Assembly (NCBI GenBank): GCA_964493715.1 | Contig: CAZBPC010000022.1 | Span: 1 to 42,058, forward strand | Length of the DNA stretch: 42,058 nucleotides | Origin: an uncultured archaeon | GTDB taxonomy: Archaea; Asgardarchaeota; Lokiarchaeia; Sigyniarchaeales; SOKP01 | Direction: 5' to 3' | The notes under the pieces: generated by a model | The model's database searches: none | Told to the model about the DNA's origin: nothing | What the model saw: the letters and a program-made list of their open reading frames with translations, nothing else | Made by a program: the position numbers and the translations under genes | Shown here: positions 38,646 to 42,058 of the stretch, piece after piece | How the letters are laid out: each line of letters begins with the position of its first letter | How positions within the stretch are numbered: the first letter of the stretch is position 1

Positions 38646-39572
38646 TTGAAAACATTAATCATAGCACTTGGTGGGAATGCTCTCATAAAACCGGGAGAAA
38701 TAGGTACCACTGAAGAAATGATTAATAATTTACGATCCCCAATTAAGCAAATTGCAGAATTATCAAAAGAATATAACATTGTTATCACGCACGGAAATGG
38801 TCCCCAAGTAGGAAATCTTTTATTACAACAAGAAGCTACAGAAACTATTTCAAAAAGACCTCTACAAATATTGGTAGCAGAAACTCAAGGGCAAATTGGA
38901 TTCTTAATTGAATCCACTTTAGATGAAGAATTAATGACGCTAAACATGGATAACGAAAAATTTTTCCTGACAGTACTTACTTATGTTAAAGTCGATCAAA
39001 ATGATCCTGCCTTCAAACATCCAACAAAACCAATCGGACCATCATATAAAAGAAAAAAAACTGGTTATGTAAAAACATCTAAGGGGTGGAGACGTGTAGT
39101 TGCTTCTCCTAAGCCAATTAAAATTTATCAATGGCGTGAAATAAAAAAATTGATGGCACTAGGCGATTTTATTGTCATTGCTTGTGGAGGCGGAGGAGTT
39201 CCAGTCATAAAAGATGAAAAAAGACTATACGGTGTTGAGGCTGTAATTGATAAGGATCTTGCAAGTGCGAAATTAGGAGAACAAATTAGAGCTCAAATTC
39301 TCTTAATTGCATCTGATGTTGAAAAAGTTGCACTAAATTATGGTCGAATTGACTATAAATACTTGGATCTTATTTCCACAAGTGAAGCTAGAAGCTATAT
39401 GAAAGAAGGACATTTCCCTGCAGGCTCTATGGGTCCAAAAGTTCAAGCTGCGATAAATTTTCTAGAATCTGGAGGGGAACGTGCCATCATAACTTCTATT
39501 GAAAAAATAAAGGATGCAATAGAAGGAAAAGCAGGAACGCAGTTTTATATTAATATGGGAGAGAAAATCTAA
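38646..39572 (+). CDS. arcC: Carbamate kinase
   Basis: ALGGNAL, THGNGPQVG, PTKPIGP, WRRVVASP, GGGGVP, VIDKD and GSMGPKV motifs. TTG start with an AGGAG RBS. Confidence 0.95.
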   Translation: MKTLIIALGGNALIKPGEIGTTEEMINNLRSPIKQIAELSKEYNIVITHGNGPQVGNLLLQQEATETISKRPLQILVAETQGQIGFLIESTLDEELMTLNMDNEKFFLTVLTYVKVDQNDPAFKHPTKPIGPSYKRKKTGYVKTSKGWRRVVASPKPIKIYQWREIKKLMALGDFIVIACGGGGVPVIKDEKRLYGVEAVIDKDLASAKLGEQIRAQILLIASDVEKVALNYGRIDYKYLDLISTSEARSYMKEGHFPAGSMGPKVQAAINFLESGGERAIITSIEKIKDAIEGKAGTQFYINMGEKI

Positions 39573-39615
39573 AAAATAAAAACGATACAATGATGGCATA
39601 AGAAGAATTCTTTTA

Positions 39616-39927
39616 CTAAGAGGCAATCTCATCCGTAATTCTCGTGCCCTTAAGGGATGCTTTGCCAAGAGGGCTCTTCACCGTGCCCGACATGGTGTCA
39701 CCATCAACTTTGACATTGAATTCAAAAGTTAAGAATCGTGGAAATTTTCTCGAAGCCTTCCACATCAATTTGTCACCGTCAATTTTTCCATCCGTGATAT
39801 CACTGGCGCCTCTACGATATTCCATTCTACCAGTGATCGCATTACCTGCAAGGAAGAGATGCAAGGTGGATTTTTGAGTACCAAAAGGGGTCTTCATTTC
39901 TAATTTCCATATTTCATTAACAGACAT
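39616..39927 (-). CDS. Small hypothetical beta-rich protein with elevated GC
   Basis: 103 aa (WKLEMKTPFG...ITDGKIDGDKLMW...VDGDTMSG). Roughly 44% GC by hand count. Confidence 0.65.
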   Translation of the reverse strand: MSVNEIWKLEMKTPFGTQKSTLHLFLAGNAITGRMEYRRGASDITDGKIDGDKLMWKASRKFPRFLTFEFNVKVDGDTMSGTVKSPLGKASLKGTRITDEIAS

Positions 39928-40082
39928 AAATGATCACTTTAATAAATTGTTTAAACTTTATAATAATTTCCACTAATTTCAATTTTATAACCAGTGGTTG
40001 GTATGTTTGATTTGAAATAGAAGGAAAAGCAAGTACTCAATTTTTTTTAGAAAAAAATGATAATAAATCAACCGAAAACTGA

Positions 40083-41345
40083 TTAGCTAACAACGAATAC
40101 CTTTTCAATTATACTTAGAGCCCAATCGATTTCCTCTTTAGTAATTATTAAAGGAGGGGCAAATCTAATTGTTTTAGAATGAGTATGTTTAGCGAGTACT
40201 CCATTGTCTTTAAGTATTTCGACGATATGCCTTGCATCCGATTCAAACTCGACTGCCATTAAGAGTCCTTTGCCTCTAACTTCCTTGATTGGAACTATAG
40301 TTTTCTTTGCTGCAATATTTCTAAGCCCTTCTAAGAAATACGCCCCAGATTCCTTAGCTCTTTGAGCTAAATGATCATCAATATGGATATCAAGTGATTT
40401 CATGGCAACCGCACTAGCCAATGGATTTCCACCAAATGTTGATCCATGCGTACCTGGTGTAATGATATCAGGACCAATTATATCTCTCGTAGTGACCACT
40501 GCGGAGACGGGATAAACACCTCCTCCGAGCGCTTTTCCAAGTAACATCACATCCGGCTTCACATCTTCATGGTCACATCCAAAAAATTCCCCTGTCCTTC
40601 CGAAACCAGTTTGAATCTCATCAGCAATCATTAGAACATTGTATTTTGTGCAAATTTCCCTAATCTTTTTTAAGTAGCCTTCAGGAGGGATCTTTATCCC
40701 CGCTTCTCCTTGAATTGGCTCAAATAGGAATGCTGCTACGTTTTCAGCACCAATTTCTAAAATTGTATTTTCTAGTTTTTCAGCATCTCCATACGGAATA
40801 ATTACAAAACCGGGAGTGTAAGGGCCGAAGTTCCCATAGTATCTTACAGCTGCGATATCCGTACTAAATCCTACGATTGCTATTGACCGACCATGAAAAT
40901 TATCTCTACAAACAATAATTTTTGCCTCATTTTTAGAAATCTTTTTCTTGATATAGCCCCAAGCTCTCGCAACTTTTAACCCAGTAGAAACTGCTTCAGT
41001 CCCCGAGTTCATGGGCAATGCCATTATTCCAGATTTGTTTGGATCGTTGATATGTTGACCCACAACTTCGCATAATTTTTTTAAAAAGGGACCCATCATA
41101 TCGTTATAGAACGCGCGAGATGTTAATGTCACCTTATCTGCTTGTTCTTTTAACGCTTTTATAATTTCGGGGTGACAATGCCCCATATTTAGGGCTGAAT
41201 AAGCGGATAAACAATCTAAATACTTTTTACCTTCTGGATCATATACCCAGACACCCTCAGCTTTGCTAATAACAACGGGTATGGGGTGATAATTATGAGC
41301 ACAGTATTTATCATCCATTTCCATATAATCTTTTGAACTTGGCAT
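40083..41345 (-). CDS. rocD: Ornithine--oxo-acid aminotransferase (class III PLP enzyme)
   Basis: AHNYHP, LSAYSALNMGHCHP, LTSRAF, FHGR, EPIQGEAG, DEIQTG, GKALGGG, HGSTFGGNP and IRFAPPL motifs. Confidence 0.92.
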   Translation of the reverse strand: MPSSKDYMEMDDKYCAHNYHPIPVVISKAEGVWVYDPEGKKYLDCLSAYSALNMGHCHPEIIKALKEQADKVTLTSRAFYNDMMGPFLKKLCEVVGQHINDPNKSGIMALPMNSGTEAVSTGLKVARAWGYIKKKISKNEAKIIVCRDNFHGRSIAIVGFSTDIAAVRYYGNFGPYTPGFVIIPYGDAEKLENTILEIGAENVAAFLFEPIQGEAGIKIPPEGYLKKIREICTKYNVLMIADEIQTGFGRTGEFFGCDHEDVKPDVMLLGKALGGGVYPVSAVVTTRDIIGPDIITPGTHGSTFGGNPLASAVAMKSLDIHIDDHLAQRAKESGAYFLEGLRNIAAKKTIVPIKEVRGKGLLMAVEFESDARHIVEILKDNGVLAKHTHSKTIRFAPPLIITKEEIDWALSIIEKVFVVS

Positions 41346-41763
41346 ATTAACTCATTACTTCTCTAAAATAGAATTTCTCTGATCATTTAAATTGTGGAAT
41401 CCGTTAAAAATTTAAGTGTTTTTGAGGGAAATATTTGGGAAATAGATTTAAATTCATTTTTCTCAGAAGGTTATGATGATTAATGCTACTTTCTTAGTAT
41501 CTAATAGTAAAAAGATCCATAAAGAATTCTGTATAAATTTGGTCTAAATAGGTTTATAATAAAAGGATGAATATTTGATCTATACATTTTTGTATATACA
41601 AGTGTGTAAATTAAAATAAAAAAAATGGCGAAATTGAAATGCAAATAAATTAGTTTCTATTGATTTCATATCTCATTTTAAATGCCATTCTATCCTTTAT
41701 TAGGGAAAACTATTCAAATAATCAACAATTTTATAAATCGTATTTCAAAACCTTGAAGCGTAA

Positions 41764-42058
41764 ATGAAGCTAACCAATAAATATATCTTCAATTTAATCA
41801 TTGCAAATTTGCTTTGGAGTTTCATTCCTATAGTTGTCTCGGGATTATTTGATGGAATCTCCATCATCACGATAATTGTCCTAAGGTTTCTTACAGCGGG
41901 AATTATTTTATTTCTAATCGCTATCTTCATAGCACTTGTAAATAATTATTTGAACAAAGATGCAAGAATTCCCTTAAAGGAGTATATATTTAATTTAAGG
42001 CATAAAAATAGGAGATTTTATGATATACGTACTTATAATTACTATTTTCTCATTGGAT
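41764..42058 (+). CDS. EamA/DMT-family transporter, 5' partial (runs off the window end)
   Basis: Manual translation MKLTNKYIFNLIIANLLWSFIPIVVSGLFDGISIITIIVLRFLTAGIILFLIA... shows the DMT-like LW...RF pattern. The frame is open to the window end. Confidence 0.65.
   Translation, partial: MKLTNKYIFNLIIANLLWSFIPIVVSGLFDGISIITIIVLRFLTAGIILFLIAIFIALVNNYLNKDARIPLKEYIFNLRHKNRRFYDIRTYNYYFLIG

Noticed and set aside
1980-39877. Numerous 60-140 aa ORFs antisense to or overlapping the long genes in the ORF track
   Set aside because: These are shadow ORFs inside well-supported genes with no recognisable motifs.
41745-41930. 61-aa minus-strand ORF at the window end
   Set aside because: It is the antisense shadow of the plus-strand EamA-like partial gene starting at 41764.

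Overview
Low-GC, gene-dense archaeal chromosomal segment, most likely from an Asgard archaeon of the Lokiarchaeia/Promethearchaeia type. This is inferred from a Rab-like small GTPase, a W/Mo aldehyde:ferredoxin oxidoreductase, GAGG/GGTGA ribosome-binding sites and frequent TTG starts. The left two-thirds holds TCA-related genes (aconitase, fumC plus an FMN alpha-hydroxy-acid dehydrogenase, sucCD, two-subunit ATP-citrate lyase aclBA, an isocitrate-dehydrogenase-family gene). These are interleaved with a GH94-like phosphorylase, a Thr-type sulfatase-like enzyme, a receiver plus CheB-CheR-PAS-histidine kinase pair, a Rab-like GTPase with a small partner gene and an ADP-ribosylglycohydrolase. The right third holds the most interesting system, an arginine/proline catabolic cluster with no arginine deiminase in the window. 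It comprises an ArcE-type arginine synthetase, AOR, a proline-dehydrogenase/sarcosine-oxidase-like alpha+beta pair, ornithine carbamoyltransferase (Giardia-like motifs), carbamate kinase and a convergent ornithine aminotransferase. The arrangement suggests ATP-conserving Arg breakdown, with AOR standing in for glutamate-semialdehyde dehydrogenase. Two genes (sucC and the receiver) appear to need ATT start codons, and three intergenic 5' gene stubs are missing from the ORF track. No rRNA, tRNA, CRISPR or mobile element was recognised. All functional calls are motif-based by eye; no database searches were run.
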